DNA of 64,000 nucleotides from Phaeosaccion multiseriatum (lineage: Eukaryota > Protista > Ochrophyta, other classes): the NCBI GenBank assembly GCA_965112735.1, contig OZ218964.1, positions 1,364,001 to 1,428,000 on the forward strand. Reading direction: 5' to 3'. The notes under the pieces are model-generated. The model ran no database searches. It saw only the letters and a program-made list of their open reading frames with translations, and had not been told where the DNA came from. The first letter of the stretch is position 1. Every line of letters starts with the position of its first letter. Position numbers and translations under genes: made by a program. Shown in pieces: positions 24,898 through 35,922 of the stretch.

Positions 24898-26035
24898 ATG
24901 GGTGGTCTCCCTATGCTGCTCGGCTTGGATATAGGCCCGCTACTTGTAGTCATGCTCGTGTGCAGTGTAGTGGAGCTGTTCGCAGGGCTGGTGCACCTGC
25001 GGATTAACAGAAAGCCGGCCGACCATCAGGAGCTCTTGGACCAGGCGGCGTCGCTCAAGGCCGAGATCAGAAACGTAAGAGACCTTGGCAACCCCGTTTA
25101 TTTATTCTTCTGAAGCGCTGGATCAAGTTGTCCGTGCCGATCTGATGGCTAGGCCAGAAGCTCCTGGACAGGGGGGGGGGTGGAGTAGGCCCTTCATGTG
25201 GAGGGAAGGTTGCTCTCCCTCTTTGATGCTGCTCCTCTCTGCCTGGAGAGCGGGAGACTCCGGCTGCACGGAAAAGAAGGCATAGCGCTCGTGACTGGAA
25301 GACGAAGGAGATGAGAGCTGCTGATGTTGTGCAAGGATATTCTTTCCCCAATCGTTCGGCAAGCGCTGTGGGGGAATGTGCTGTATTTGGCTCTGCATTA
25401 CCGCTTACGCCTCCATCGCTCCTCCCCACTCTTTCGCCCATGCTACTTCCTTCCTCTCGCCTTGCTCAGACCCAATTTCCTGAGATGTTTGTGGTTAACT
25501 CCAAGCTGCAGCGGGAGTTGCTGAAGGTGGAGAAGAGCATGGACAAGAGGGCAGAGGTGGCCAAGGAAACATCCACAAGGGTAAGCAAAAGTAAAGGGGG
25601 TCTCTGTGTTGCTGTACTCGCTATGTGCTTTCATGCTTTCTCTGACTTGTCGTCGAGTGTGGACGGATGCCCCTTTTTCAAGGGTCGATAGCCAAGAGCC
25701 TGAGTCGGCAGGGCTTGAATCCGCCATTGCCACTTGTGTAGTCGCCAGCACCGTACTTACTCTACGCGCCCGACTTTGAACCCATCATTCTGCTCCTACC
25801 CCTGACCCTTTGCTCCCAGCTCTTAAAACATCTCAAACGGATCAAATTGGTGGCGTATGCTCTGCTGGTGGGCGTCTTTTGGGGTCGGTGTACCGTGTCC
25901 TTCAGCCCGGACTTTGTGTGGCCCTTCCCGTTCAACATGATGATGAGCAAGCTGTCCAGCTGCAGTAGGGGTGGGGTTAGCGCAATGGGTGTCGTCGCTC
26001 TGTTCCAGTTCGGGATAGCGAATCGATATCGATAA
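24898..26035 (+). CDS. GET1: GET1/WRB (CHD5-like) tail-anchored protein insertase subunit, 3 exons, ~167 aa
   Basis: Exons 24898-25074, 25470-25580 and 25820-26035 join in phase 0. Layout is N-terminal TM, coiled coil (SLKAEIRN..PEMFVVNSKLQRELLKVEK), then two more hydrophobic segments flanking VWPFP. Confidence 0.72.
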
Positions 26036-26580
26036 GAGAACCGCTGGACGAAGGAGGGAGCGCAAGGGAAGCTTCCCCGAGACGATGGGAATGCAGGCGC
26101 CCTCTCTCTCTCTTCCTCTGGCGGCTGGGCTGGTTCGAACAATGGCAGCAGCTGTTCTTATCTCGATCCACAGATCTGTCGTGTGGTCTTGTACAAATTA
26201 ATTTCATTCATACAAGCGAGTGGAAGTGAGTGGCATCCCCACCAAAGCGTGACCCCTCGGGCCTGACGCCTTGTGGCGTTAGTCCGCTGCTCCGCCCAAG
26301 AGTTGCTGTGGAGCAGACAGGCACAGTGGGTCCCAAAAGACGGCTTCCGCCAAGAAAACACTTCCTTCGTTATGATTATAGTAGGTAGATGCTGTACACG
26401 GGAAAAAATTATACTACGAAGTAAAAAAAACAAAACGGTGGTTGAAAATGGAGAAAGTGAGCCCCCCCCGTCACCGAGTTGGTGTGCGTCTTTCGAAAAA
26501 GAAAAATGCACACATCTTTGTGGTGTGATGCACAAGGCCCTCCGACACAAACAGGCAGGGTAGGTAGAGTATTGGCACTG

Positions 26581-28086
26581 TCAAGTGGGCAGTACTCCAC
26601 TCAGACTCCAATGTGTATTCGTGTGCGCCAAGACGACTCTCAGCCCCTGCACACCCGCTCCACCTTTGGTTTCTGTCCATGCCTCGTCGTCTATTGGGAT
26701 GGCCTCAAAGCAGATTTGTGCATGGGCCTTGGCGAAGAAAGTCACGCCTGCCCACATGCGTTGGGGAAGATCGTCGTCTCCCGAGGCAAAACCCGCCCCT
26801 TCCAGACACAGCACTAGCTGAGGCACGTCGGCGGGAGGCAGAGAGTACTTCTGCCCTGCGGTGAGCCGCACCTCCTCCATCTCAAAGTCTTCTATGGGTG
26901 GAGTGTAGCGTACCCGGGATGCGTCCATGGGAACTGGGGGCACCAGCGGTGGAGGGCCTGTCTTGTACGAGAGAATCTCGCACAGGAGGGGCACATCCCT
27001 GTACTTGGGGGTCAGGGCCACACGCACCACATTGTCGGACCTGGCCATCACCTCCAGCAAGTCCCCAGACAAATAGGCATGTGGCTCGTTGGCGGCCATG
27101 AAAAAAGACTCGCCGGGACTCATCCTCATGTAGTTGAGCAGCAGCGGCATCATGATGCCAATGTCCCCCGGGTACTCCTCATTGAGCCGCAGAATGAGAG
27201 TGCGCACATATGTGTCCTCTCTCTTGAACGCCGCCAACTTCTCCAGGCGCTTGGGATCATTCCTGCCAAAAATGTCCTCACTGAGCATGTCGTCGTCGTG
27301 CTCGTGCTCGTGGTCAGTTGTCTCCTCATCGGCGGACACGTCGTCTCCTCCGGCCCCCCGCACCTCCCCCTCCAGCTCCTCTGAGCCACTCGCGCTTACC
27401 CCACGCGCCCGTAATGCCTCGTCACGCAGCCTGCTGAGAAGGGCTTTGATTTGGTTCTGCACAGCGTTGGGCTTGGCCTTAATGTAGCTCCCAAAGAGCA
27501 GCCTCAGGGCCTGCATCTGCTCGTCCAAGCCCTTTGGGACGTCGCACACGCGCTTAACCGCAGACATGCTGACCAAACTTCGGAGCTCGGGGTACATGTG
27601 TAAGGCGTAGACAATTTCCTCAAAGGGTCTGAAGCCGCACAGACCCTCGAATTTCGTCAACGCCACGGCCATTTCGGGCTTGTGGTTGTCGTCCTTGTAC
27701 AAGTCAGGTCGCGTCGCGTACACCCGCTCTGCCGTGGCCTTGTCTGGGTGCGCCTGGATAGACAGGGCTTTGGCAATGCTCAGCACCTTGAACATGAAGG
27801 GCAAGTCCCCTTCCGGGCTGCCCGCCCTTCCCAGGTACTCGGGATGCGTCTCCAGCAGCTCAATCAAGAAAGGCCCCTTCCCCACTGCCCGAGGCGAGTT
27901 GGGGTTCTGCACCTTGAGCCGGCTGGGCCCGTTTGGGTGCGTGCCCATCCACAGCTCGGCATACTGCTGTTCGCCGTCAATCTCGAAGCGTCCTCTGCCC
28001 TCCGAGACCATGAGCTGCGCAACAGCACTCTCCTCGCCTGTCTTGCCCCAGGCATAATTCTGCGACGCGCAATCTAGCCTCCACAT
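26581..28086 (-). CDS. MPI: Mannose-6-phosphate isomerase (type I PMI), intronless
   Basis: QNYAWGK, YAELWMGTHPNGPS, LPFMFKVLSIAKALSIQAHPDK, YKDDNHKPEMAVALT.FEGLCGFRP, ANEPHAYLSGD, SDNVVR. Confidence 0.97.
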   Translation of the reverse strand: MWRLDCASQNYAWGKTGEESAVAQLMVSEGRGRFEIDGEQQYAELWMGTHPNGPSRLKVQNPNSPRAVGKGPFLIELLETHPEYLGRAGSPEGDLPFMFKVLSIAKALSIQAHPDKATAERVYATRPDLYKDDNHKPEMAVALTKFEGLCGFRPFEEIVYALHMYPELRSLVSMSAVKRVCDVPKGLDEQMQALRLLFGSYIKAKPNAVQNQIKALLSRLRDEALRARGVSASGSEELEGEVRGAGGDDVSADEETTDHEHEHDDDMLSEDIFGRNDPKRLEKLAAFKREDTYVRTLILRLNEEYPGDIGIMMPLLLNYMRMSPGESFFMAANEPHAYLSGDLLEVMARSDNVVRVALTPKYRDVPLLCEILSYKTGPPPLVPPVPMDASRVRYTPPIEDFEMEEVRLTAGQKYSLPPADVPQLVLCLEGAGFASGDDDLPQRMWAGVTFFAKAHAQICFEAIPIDDEAWTETKGGAGVQGLRVVLAHTNTHWSLSGVLPT

Positions 28087-28827
28087 GCCGCTGGTGCTCT
28101 ACTGCTGCCTATTTCCTACTTCCGCTTACACTGCTGCTTCCTCTTCCGCTCGTGCTGCCTTGCTGCTGCGTACTGCGTGTCCGTTCCCTCTTCCTGGCGC
28201 AATGTGCTGGCTTCGCTGCCAGCTCTGTGTACAAGAGAAAAAGGGCATGGAGCACCCACGTCTAGACTAGTCCATCGCTTTACGACGACGGAGCCAGGGA
28301 GCTGCTCCTCCTGCTGCCGCGCGTTCTTGCTGCGCTACGGGTTTCACCGTATCGTCGAGCTTCTTCTAGCAAGGGGAGCCTGGGCGGAATTTATAGACCC
28401 TCAGCCCCCTTCCTGCACAACGCGGGGCGCAAACACGAAGCCTCACGATCACCGCCTCAAGAATCTCCAGTGAGTGAGTCTTCTTCTCCTTCTCTTTCTG
28501 AACACTTGGTGTATCAAACTTTCACTCTGTGTGAGTTGGTCAAAACAAATTACGTAAGATCCATGTACCCCCCCTGGGAGACAGGGCTGAAACTGGAAAC
28601 TGTTTTGGGACCGGTCGGCGCCCATCTCACATTCTTACGTCCTCTTGAATACTTTGCGGCAGGTTTAAGCAAGAGAGAAGAGCGTTCTTGTTATCTATAT
28701 TCATTACTTGTCCATCATGCTTTGTCACTACTAAGACGCCGGGGTCGAGGGAGCTGCGGAGCTTTTCCTGTCTCAAAAAGACGGGCGTTCTTCCTTTTCC
28801 CACAACCCCAGCCACCACCTTAAACCA

Positions 28828-30198
28828 ATGAGGAGAAGCGTGAGGAGAAGCGCAGAGGCAGCAGCAGAGCACCAGCGGGGGATGCTGGTCGGTAATTCAG
28901 GAGATGCAAAGCCGCTTGTGCTTGAGTTGGACGGGGAGCTTTCGGACGCCCAGTGTCAGTCCCCGTCGTCGGTCTGCTCAGAAGACGAGCCTTTTCGCTA
29001 CACTCCTACGCTAAGGAGTGTAGCTTATCCCTCAAGCGGGCCTTCGCTGCAGGAGGTTCCCACGTTCCAGAAGCCGGAGCCGACTCACAGCGGCGATGTC
29101 GATAAGGAGGAGAAGTGGCCGCATCCCTTTGCTGATGCGGAGAAAACAGCCCCTCCCGCCGATTCTTCGGAGTCGCGCCGGCTGCCGCCCCGGCCGTGCC
29201 AGTTCTACCACTTTGAGGCGACCACGCTGCGGACGGAAAGGCTAGACGCGCTTGAGCTGCTCAACGCTGTGCTGAAGAAGGACAAGCGCATCTCGATTGA
29301 CTTGTCCGCAATGTGTTCCAGCTTTAAGCTGAAGTGCTGCCTGTACACCACGAATCACGACATGCTGACCTTCACTGCGAAGCTGCACAGCAGCCCGGCG
29401 AGCAAACAGGGGGGGCGCCAACCGCATCTGGGTCGCGTCAAGGGCAGCGGGCCGTTCCTGCTGGAATTCCAGCGCCACGGAGGCTGCTGCATGGCCTGGC
29501 GGTTCGTTTTTCACGCTCTGGAGCGGGCTTTTCTGCAAGCGGAGGCCGGGGGCGAGCTGCGGGAGAGCGAGGACGGCGATGATGCCGCCGCGCGCTTTCT
29601 GGGAGAGTCCGATTTCTCGCTGTGTGCGGCAGCGGAAGCCTTAATGGCGTCCTACAAGGCAGCGGGGGGGTTGGCAGCAGGATTGCCACCGCCACCACCA
29701 CCACCACCAGTAGTCGAAGCAGCAGGAGAGGCAGCAGCGCCAGAGCGAGATCAAGCCGCCGAAACGAACGCTTGTCTGGAGCGGATGCTTTCCTCCTGCT
29801 TTTTGGACTCGCAGACGCAGAGCCTGCGGGTGCTGGCCAACATGTCCGCCAAGGGAGTGGTGACCATGCTGCAGTGCCCCCGCATCTCCGAGCGGCTCCG
29901 CGTGCTGGCTCAGAGCGACGAGGAGGAGATCTGCACGCTCGCACTGTCCACCATCGCCCACCTGTGTGAGTCTTTTGAGCGGCTGCAGGAGGCACAGAGG
30001 GCGTTTTTGTCTTCGTGCGTGCCTCTTCTCGAGCAGCAGAGCTATGGACAGGCGGGGAGCGGGGCAGGAGGGGAGGATTATGGGGAGGAGCGAGGGTCGC
30101 CGTGCGGCTATCACGCGATGAACGAGGCAACCCGAGGTCAGTTATATCCGCCCCCTGCTGGCAGTCATGTGCATTCATTCCGAGGGAAAATCGTATGA
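28828..30198 (+). CDS. Hypothetical protein with KA1-like domain and C-terminal ARM-like helices (456 aa), intronless
   Basis: Long ORF with coding-like codon use. FKLKCCLY...FLLEFQRHGGCCMAWRFVF resembles KA1 (VEFQRxxGD); SLRVLANMS / LALSTIAHLC is ARM-like. Confidence 0.7.
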   Translation: MRRSVRRSAEAAAEHQRGMLVGNSGDAKPLVLELDGELSDAQCQSPSSVCSEDEPFRYTPTLRSVAYPSSGPSLQEVPTFQKPEPTHSGDVDKEEKWPHPFADAEKTAPPADSSESRRLPPRPCQFYHFEATTLRTERLDALELLNAVLKKDKRISIDLSAMCSSFKLKCCLYTTNHDMLTFTAKLHSSPASKQGGRQPHLGRVKGSGPFLLEFQRHGGCCMAWRFVFHALERAFLQAEAGGELRESEDGDDAAARFLGESDFSLCAAAEALMASYKAAGGLAAGLPPPPPPPPVVEAAGEAAAPERDQAAETNACLERMLSSCFLDSQTQSLRVLANMSAKGVVTMLQCPRISERLRVLAQSDEEEICTLALSTIAHLCESFERLQEAQRAFLSSCVPLLEQQSYGQAGSGAGGEDYGEERGSPCGYHAMNEATRGQLYPPPAGSHVHSFRGKIV

Positions 30199-31114
30199 GG
30201 ACGATGCGTCACCTCTTGTCGTCTCTTTAGTGCCAGAGAGAATGAAGCATTGACGACGTCCTTTCCCCCTCCCTTCCTCTTACTCCTCTTGTGTGTACTT
30301 TGCTGCTCCAGCTCTCTACAGTCTCGGCCAGCATCGCGCCCTCTGTTAAAAGAGTGTTTAGTTTGTGGGCGGGGAGTTGGCGGTGCTAGTGCCGAGGGCC
30401 AAGGGACAAGTAGAGGAAGTCTCAGGGTAGGGGGGGGGGGGAGGGGGGGAGGGGATGGCAGGGGATGGCAGGGGATGGCAGGGGATGGCAGAACAGCGAA
30501 CCTTTTGGTGGGTAGGGGTCGGTCCAGAACGGCGAGCGAACTTGTGAATATACGAATGTAGGCAGCACAAATTGGAGGATAGGATAGTGTAAATACACGC
30601 CTTGTATCCCACACAAAACGACATACCGCCAGCAGTCCACTGCAGCAGAATCATCACTGTAGTTCCATGTAGGTGCTACCGTGACTTCCATGTAGGTGCT
30701 ACCGTGACCTCCACGCGCCGCGGTCTCGAGGGGAGAGACGATTTTTTTTCATCGTTCGACACGTGTCGAACGTGCTGTGGCCGGTGTCAGCTCTGGCCTG
30801 CTATCAGTGTCAGTCACAACCGGTGTGTGTGTGTGTGTGCGCGCGGTCCGCGGAGGAAAGACAGTGCCGCATCTCCTTTTTTTTGTTCGGAAGTTGACTT
30901 CCCGTATTCCGACTTGGGCTTCAGTACTGTAAACAGTTGTGTGATACATGACGCCGTGCTACGACGAAGTAGAGAGGGAAACCGATCAATAAATAGCACA
31001 GTCCGCACCCACCCACCGGTGGGCCCTATCGGGTCTGAATGGAGTACCACAGGACAAATCGGGGCGGCTGCGCGTGTGTGCGTGGGTATGCGTGGGTGGG
31101 TGGGTGAGGGTGTG

Positions 31115-31155
<41 letters not shown>

Positions 31156-31779
31156 GTGTGTGTGTGCAGACTGGCACTGAGTTAAGAGCGAGGAAAGCCG
31201 ATGCGAGGGCTCGCTCCACGAGCAGATTCGGTCGCTGGGTAAGTAGGAAGGTAGGAAGGTGGAAAAGACAGGGGAAAGGAATAAAAGCGAAATAGGAGGG
31301 GCAAAGGAAAATAGCACCGCGTTGCGTCTTTGGTGACTTGCCTTCCAGCGAGGTGGATTCTCGCTCTGATTCGAGCGAACGACGACAATGAACCAGGCTC
31401 AAATTCCATGTACTGTACGCAGAGAACTTCCCCTCCTTCGACAAAAAGGAGGGACAGCTGGCTCCGCTCTTCCCCCTTGAGGTGCCTTGCTTTCAAATGA
31501 CGAGGAAGAAACAGCTATTCCTCCCTCTCTCTACTAGGTGCTCAGCCCGTTCCACCTCACCACTTGCTTTCTCTGCGTCCTCTGTCTCTCTCTCTCTCTC
31601 TCTGTTCTCTCACGTATGCGCCCCCTCGCCCCCTCTTCTCTTCGTCTCGCCCCCCCCGCGCCACCGGTCCCTTCCAAAGCACCTTTCCAACCCCCGCCTC
31701 CCCTGCCAGGCAAGTGCGGCCACCGAAAGTACACACGCGACACACCTACTTGTAGTATCAAGCGGTTTCGCCCCGAGAG

Positions 31780-32084
31780 CAGCTCTTCAGCGTGTTGTAC
31801 AGACAGCCTTGCCTTGTCTCAGCTTCACTATCGCCCAAGGGCCCAGCCAACCCAGCTCTTCAGCGTGTTGTACAGACAGCCTTGCCTTGTCTCAGCTTCA
31901 CTATCGCCCAAGGGCCCAACCAACCCAGCTCTTCAGCGTGTTGTACAGACAGCCTTGCCTTGTCTCAGCTTCACTATCGCCCAAGGGCCCAACCAACCCA
32001 GCTCTTCAGCGTGTTGTACAGACAGCCTTGCCTTGTCTCAGCTTCACTATCGCCCAAGGGCCCAGCCAACCCAGCTCTTCAGCG
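31780..32084. repeat. 73-bp tandem repeat x4 overlapping the SRP68 stop codon
   Basis: AGCTCTTCAGCG recurs at 31781, 31854, 31927, 32000 and 32073; units differ at one position. Confidence 0.97.
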
Positions 32085-34251
32085 AACCGCCTGCAGCCCC
32101 TGCCCCCTTCGGTGCCTGCCCCGCCTTCTCTCGGAGATCTGGGTACGCAATGTGGTTGTACGCCAGGTCCAGCAGCACTGGCTTGAACGGTATTGGGCTG
32201 GGGAGAGGAGGAACATTGGCAATGTGGAGATTTCCGTCTGCCCCTGGATTCTCCAGCACACCTTGCTCGATCCTCTCCAACAGCGCCAGCTGCGGTGCTT
32301 TCTCCACTCCCTCTCCGCCCCCACCGCCGCTGTTGCCACTGCTGCTGCTGCTGCTGCTGCTGCTGCCGCCCTTGTCCCCACCCCTGCCCTTGCCCTTCTT
32401 CCCCTTCCCAGTGGTGGTGACCGGCGTGTTGTTGTTGCTGCTGCTACTGCTGCCGGCGGTGGTGGCGGAGGGGTTGCTGGTCTTCCCCGCTGCCCTGCCT
32501 CTAATCTTGACCAACAGCGCCTGCGCCTGTGCCCTGCACAGCCCTCCCTCCACCCTTGCACTCAGTGCCTCTAGCTCCTGTCCCTGCTGCTGCTGATGCT
32601 CCTGCCCTCCGCCTTCCTCCTCCTCCTCCTCCTCGCCCCCGTCCAGTATTGCAAACAGCGCAGCAGCCTCCGCGCAGAGACCCTTGGCCCTTTCGTACAA
32701 GGCCGTAGCCTCTGCCCACTTGCCTTGCTGCTCGTAGGCAAGCGCCACGAAGGAGCACCGGGCGGCTCGGTAGCGCGCCGCATCCGCCTGGAGCCGCTCA
32801 ATCATGTCGTCATGTCCATCATCCTCGTCAAGATGGTCATGGTCGTCTTGGTCATTGTCATCACCGTCCCGACCCGTGCTCACAGCGACCCTCATGTCCC
32901 TTACGCCTTGCAGCAGGGCGTCGTAGATGTGAACAATGTCCGCCGCAGGCACCACCGCCCCTCCTGCCGCTGCTCCCACTCCTGCTGCTGCTGCTGCTGC
33001 TGCTGCTCCATCTCCTCCCTGCTCCCCTTGTCCCTGACCGCCCCCCTGAAACTCCACCACAAGCCCCTCGTTTCTCTCCCGCATCAAGGTGAGCTTTGTG
33101 TAGCTGGCGTAGGCTGTCAACAAGCGCAGCTCTTCTCGGAGCCCTTCCATCTTAGCGCCCCCACCCCCCTTGCCTTGGAGCTTAGCCAGCTCCTTGCCCA
33201 GAGTCACCAGCGCGTCATCGAAGGAGGCAAAGGTCTTGAGGTAGAGAGCCTCTCTCTCTTGTCGACTGCCTCGCAGCTCCTCGGCCGCTGATTCCGCCGT
33301 CGCGAGTTTCTTCTGTAACGCAGTACTTCTCACTGCAACTTTCTTTCCCCTCCAGTTTACATCGGGCAATGCCGAGGTCGAATCCAGAGCCATTGCCGAT
33401 TCGTTGTCCTTGCTGATGGCCGACCGGGCCTCCGCGTCCGCCAGCACAGCGTCCAGCTTGGACGCAATTAGAGCACTATCGACGACGCTACTGCCGCTGT
33501 CTTCGGCTTGCTGCTGATCTTGGCCACTAAGCTCAAGGTTACGGGCGCAAAAGCGCAGGATTGGCTTCAGCTCAACAGCGCGCTGCGTAAACACATCTTG
33601 CTCTTCGATGCTCCCCACCGTCCCAAGCTTCTCGCAGACATCACTCGCCACTGTAAAGCTCCCCAAAGCCTTACCCCACTCCATCTTTTCCATCATGAGC
33701 GTGCCAGAGAGCCACGCAGCGTATGCGTGGGCCTCTACAATTGTGCGATCGTTGGCAACATCCACACACAGCTCCTCCAACTTCCGCGCCCAGCTGCACG
33801 CCTTGGCAAGTCGACGGAGGAAATGGTGGTGCAGCGAAGCCTTCAAAGCACGCCCACCCTCCTCCCCTGTGTTCCCCCCTTCATCACCCACTTGCTGCTT
33901 GATCTCCATGCCATGACTCCAAGCCCTCTCGGCAAGGAATAGCGGGATCAACAAGTACTTTGATGAAGAGGATCCCGATGCGGTTGCCGCCTCTGCAGTG
34001 AGTTCTCGGGGCTGAAAGGCCCTCCCCTTCCCGTAGGTGTGTCGGATTCCCTTGCGAGTCCTCACTCTCCTCAGGCGCCTGGAGCAATATCGGTGGTAGC
34101 TTTCATGGCTGCCCTGACGAAGGCCGTTCTGGCCTTGTGCGAGCATGATAGTCTCGTGAATCTTCAGGCTCAGCAGGGGCCTGTTCTCCGCCTCTTCCTC
34201 CTCCCCAGCCCCCATGATTTCTCCTTGCGTCTCTCCTTTGCTTTCCTCCAT
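32047..34251 (-). CDS. SRP68: Signal recognition particle subunit SRP68, intronless (734 aa)
   Basis: AQGQNGLRQGSHESYHRYCSRRLRRVR, LLIPLFLAERAWSHGMEIK, HFLRRLAKA, VEAHAYAAWL.G, PIPFKPVLLDLAYNHIAYPDL, C-terminal SWVGW. Confidence 0.95.
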   Translation of the reverse strand: MEESKGETQGEIMGAGEEEEAENRPLLSLKIHETIMLAQGQNGLRQGSHESYHRYCSRRLRRVRTRKGIRHTYGKGRAFQPRELTAEAATASGSSSSKYLLIPLFLAERAWSHGMEIKQQVGDEGGNTGEEGGRALKASLHHHFLRRLAKACSWARKLEELCVDVANDRTIVEAHAYAAWLSGTLMMEKMEWGKALGSFTVASDVCEKLGTVGSIEEQDVFTQRAVELKPILRFCARNLELSGQDQQQAEDSGSSVVDSALIASKLDAVLADAEARSAISKDNESAMALDSTSALPDVNWRGKKVAVRSTALQKKLATAESAAEELRGSRQEREALYLKTFASFDDALVTLGKELAKLQGKGGGGAKMEGLREELRLLTAYASYTKLTLMRERNEGLVVEFQGGGQGQGEQGGDGAAAAAAAAGVGAAAGGAVVPAADIVHIYDALLQGVRDMRVAVSTGRDGDDNDQDDHDHLDEDDGHDDMIERLQADAARYRAARCSFVALAYEQQGKWAEATALYERAKGLCAEAAALFAILDGGEEEEEEEGGGQEHQQQQGQELEALSARVEGGLCRAQAQALLVKIRGRAAGKTSNPSATTAGSSSSSNNNTPVTTTGKGKKGKGRGGDKGGSSSSSSSSSGNSGGGGGEGVEKAPQLALLERIEQGVLENPGADGNLHIANVPPLPSPIPFKPVLLDLAYNHIAYPDLREKAGQAPKGAGAAGGSLKSWVGWALGR

Positions 34252-34868
34252 GATGTTGTAAATCCGTGTGGGGGTGTGGCGGGGAGGAAACCAGTTTCAG
34301 TTTCAATTGGGGAATACCGCCCGGCTACATGTACGACCCCCCCTTTCCCCTTTCTTCCTTTCCATTGCTTCTTTTTTCCCTTGCGTATTTATTATCTATT
34401 TTAATTTTTTAACTTCTTCTCACCGATTAACTATACCAGTCATCGAATTAGTAACAATACGTGTCGTCATCATCATTTTCCGTTCCAAACATGTGCAGAC
34501 TGCAGATGCAGACTGCCTGCACCGTCATACGCAGCCCAAGCCCCAACCCCCTGCAACAAGAAAGGACGGGGAGAAGGAGCGGCGGGGGTGCGGGGTGCGG
34601 GGAGGAGGGGAAGAGGGGAAGAGGGGAGGAGGGGAAGAGGGGAAGAGGGGAAGAGGGGAGGAGGGGGAGAGGGGAAGAGGGGAAGAGGGGAGGAGGGGAG
34701 GAGGGGAAGAGGGGAAGAGGGGAAGAGGGGAAGAGGGGAAGAGGTTGCTCTATAGCGCGCATCGCGCTCTCCATCCCCAGTCGGTCGGTCGGTCCAGTGT
34801 GTCTGTGAGTCGGTCGGTCCAGTGTGTCTGTGGGTATGGGGGGGACGGGCTGGGTGTGTGTGTGGCGC

Positions 34869-35097
34869 TCAGAAGAGTCCGAAGAGCTTCTTCTTCCCCT
34901 CCTCCTTATCAATCCCTTTCTCGTACTGTCCGTATTGGGTCTCGTAAACGGTGTCGTACTGGTTGAGTTTCACCTGTGGGGAGTCAGGAGGACAGTCCGT
35001 CGGGTGTAGGGGGAGCAAGTAGGGAAACGGGGAGAGCGTAGGAGCTAAGACCTCTCGCTTGCAATGACTGCCAACAGCAACCAACAACAACAACACC

Positions 35098-35134
<37 letters not shown>

Positions 35135-35835
35135 TCAACCACACATCCGTTTGCACCATTCGTCCCCGCACCTTAAGGCCAGGGCCGGTCGGGAAGGTCT
35201 GGCAGGTGAGGGTGTAGCCTGCTTCTCTCTGGGGCTGCCCCAGTCCGTGCACGGCCAGCGTGTAGTTCTCGCCTGTGGTAGACGGTAGATTCAGACACGA
35301 AGGGGGGCAGAGGAGAGAGACACAGAGAGATGCAGAGAGAGGCCAGAGATATATGAATTAAATAAAAAAACAGAGAGAGAGGGTAACACGGTAGTAGTGA
35401 GTCGCCAGTCCGCGAGGGGTGGTCCGGTCAAGGCCACGAATGTGGGGAGGAGGGAGATGCCGGCAAAGCGTCTGTACGTGAGGGTGTGAGGAGGCACACA
35501 CACACACCATCTACACTCACACATACTCGCACGCACACACGCGCGCACACACACACGCACACACAGACACACACACGCACACACCTTCATTGCCTGCCTC
35601 AATATACCCCGCGCAGGTGGTGCACACGCCGTTGCGGCACGAGTGGGGAGGATCGTCCCAAACGAGCTCAGCGCTCTCTAGCACGGAGGTGCCTTCGGGA
35701 ACGGTGATGGTCTGCAGGGGGGGGATACGGTGGTGGGAAGGGGGGGCTTAGGGGAGGGGTGTATAGTGCGGATCATTCAAAGAGGAGGAGAGAGGAGGAG
35801 GACAGGGGTAGGGGTGGGGGTGGGGCTGGTTCTAC

Positions 35836-35874
<39 letters not shown>

Positions 35875-35880
35875 TACACA

Positions 35881-35922
<42 letters not shown>

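Noticed and set aside
31780-32084. Possible CRISPR array
   Set aside because: Units are contiguous with no unique spacers, there are no cas genes, the context is eukaryotic, and it is a duplication of the SRP68 3' end.
31482-32596. Repetitive + strand ORFs (234-352 aa)
   Set aside because: Produced by the 73-bp repeat and the antisense of SRP68.
35585-35610. Possible GC-AG intron donor in the ferredoxin gene
   Set aside because: A canonical phase-1 GT donor a few codons later (GAA G|GTGTGT) restores the frame.
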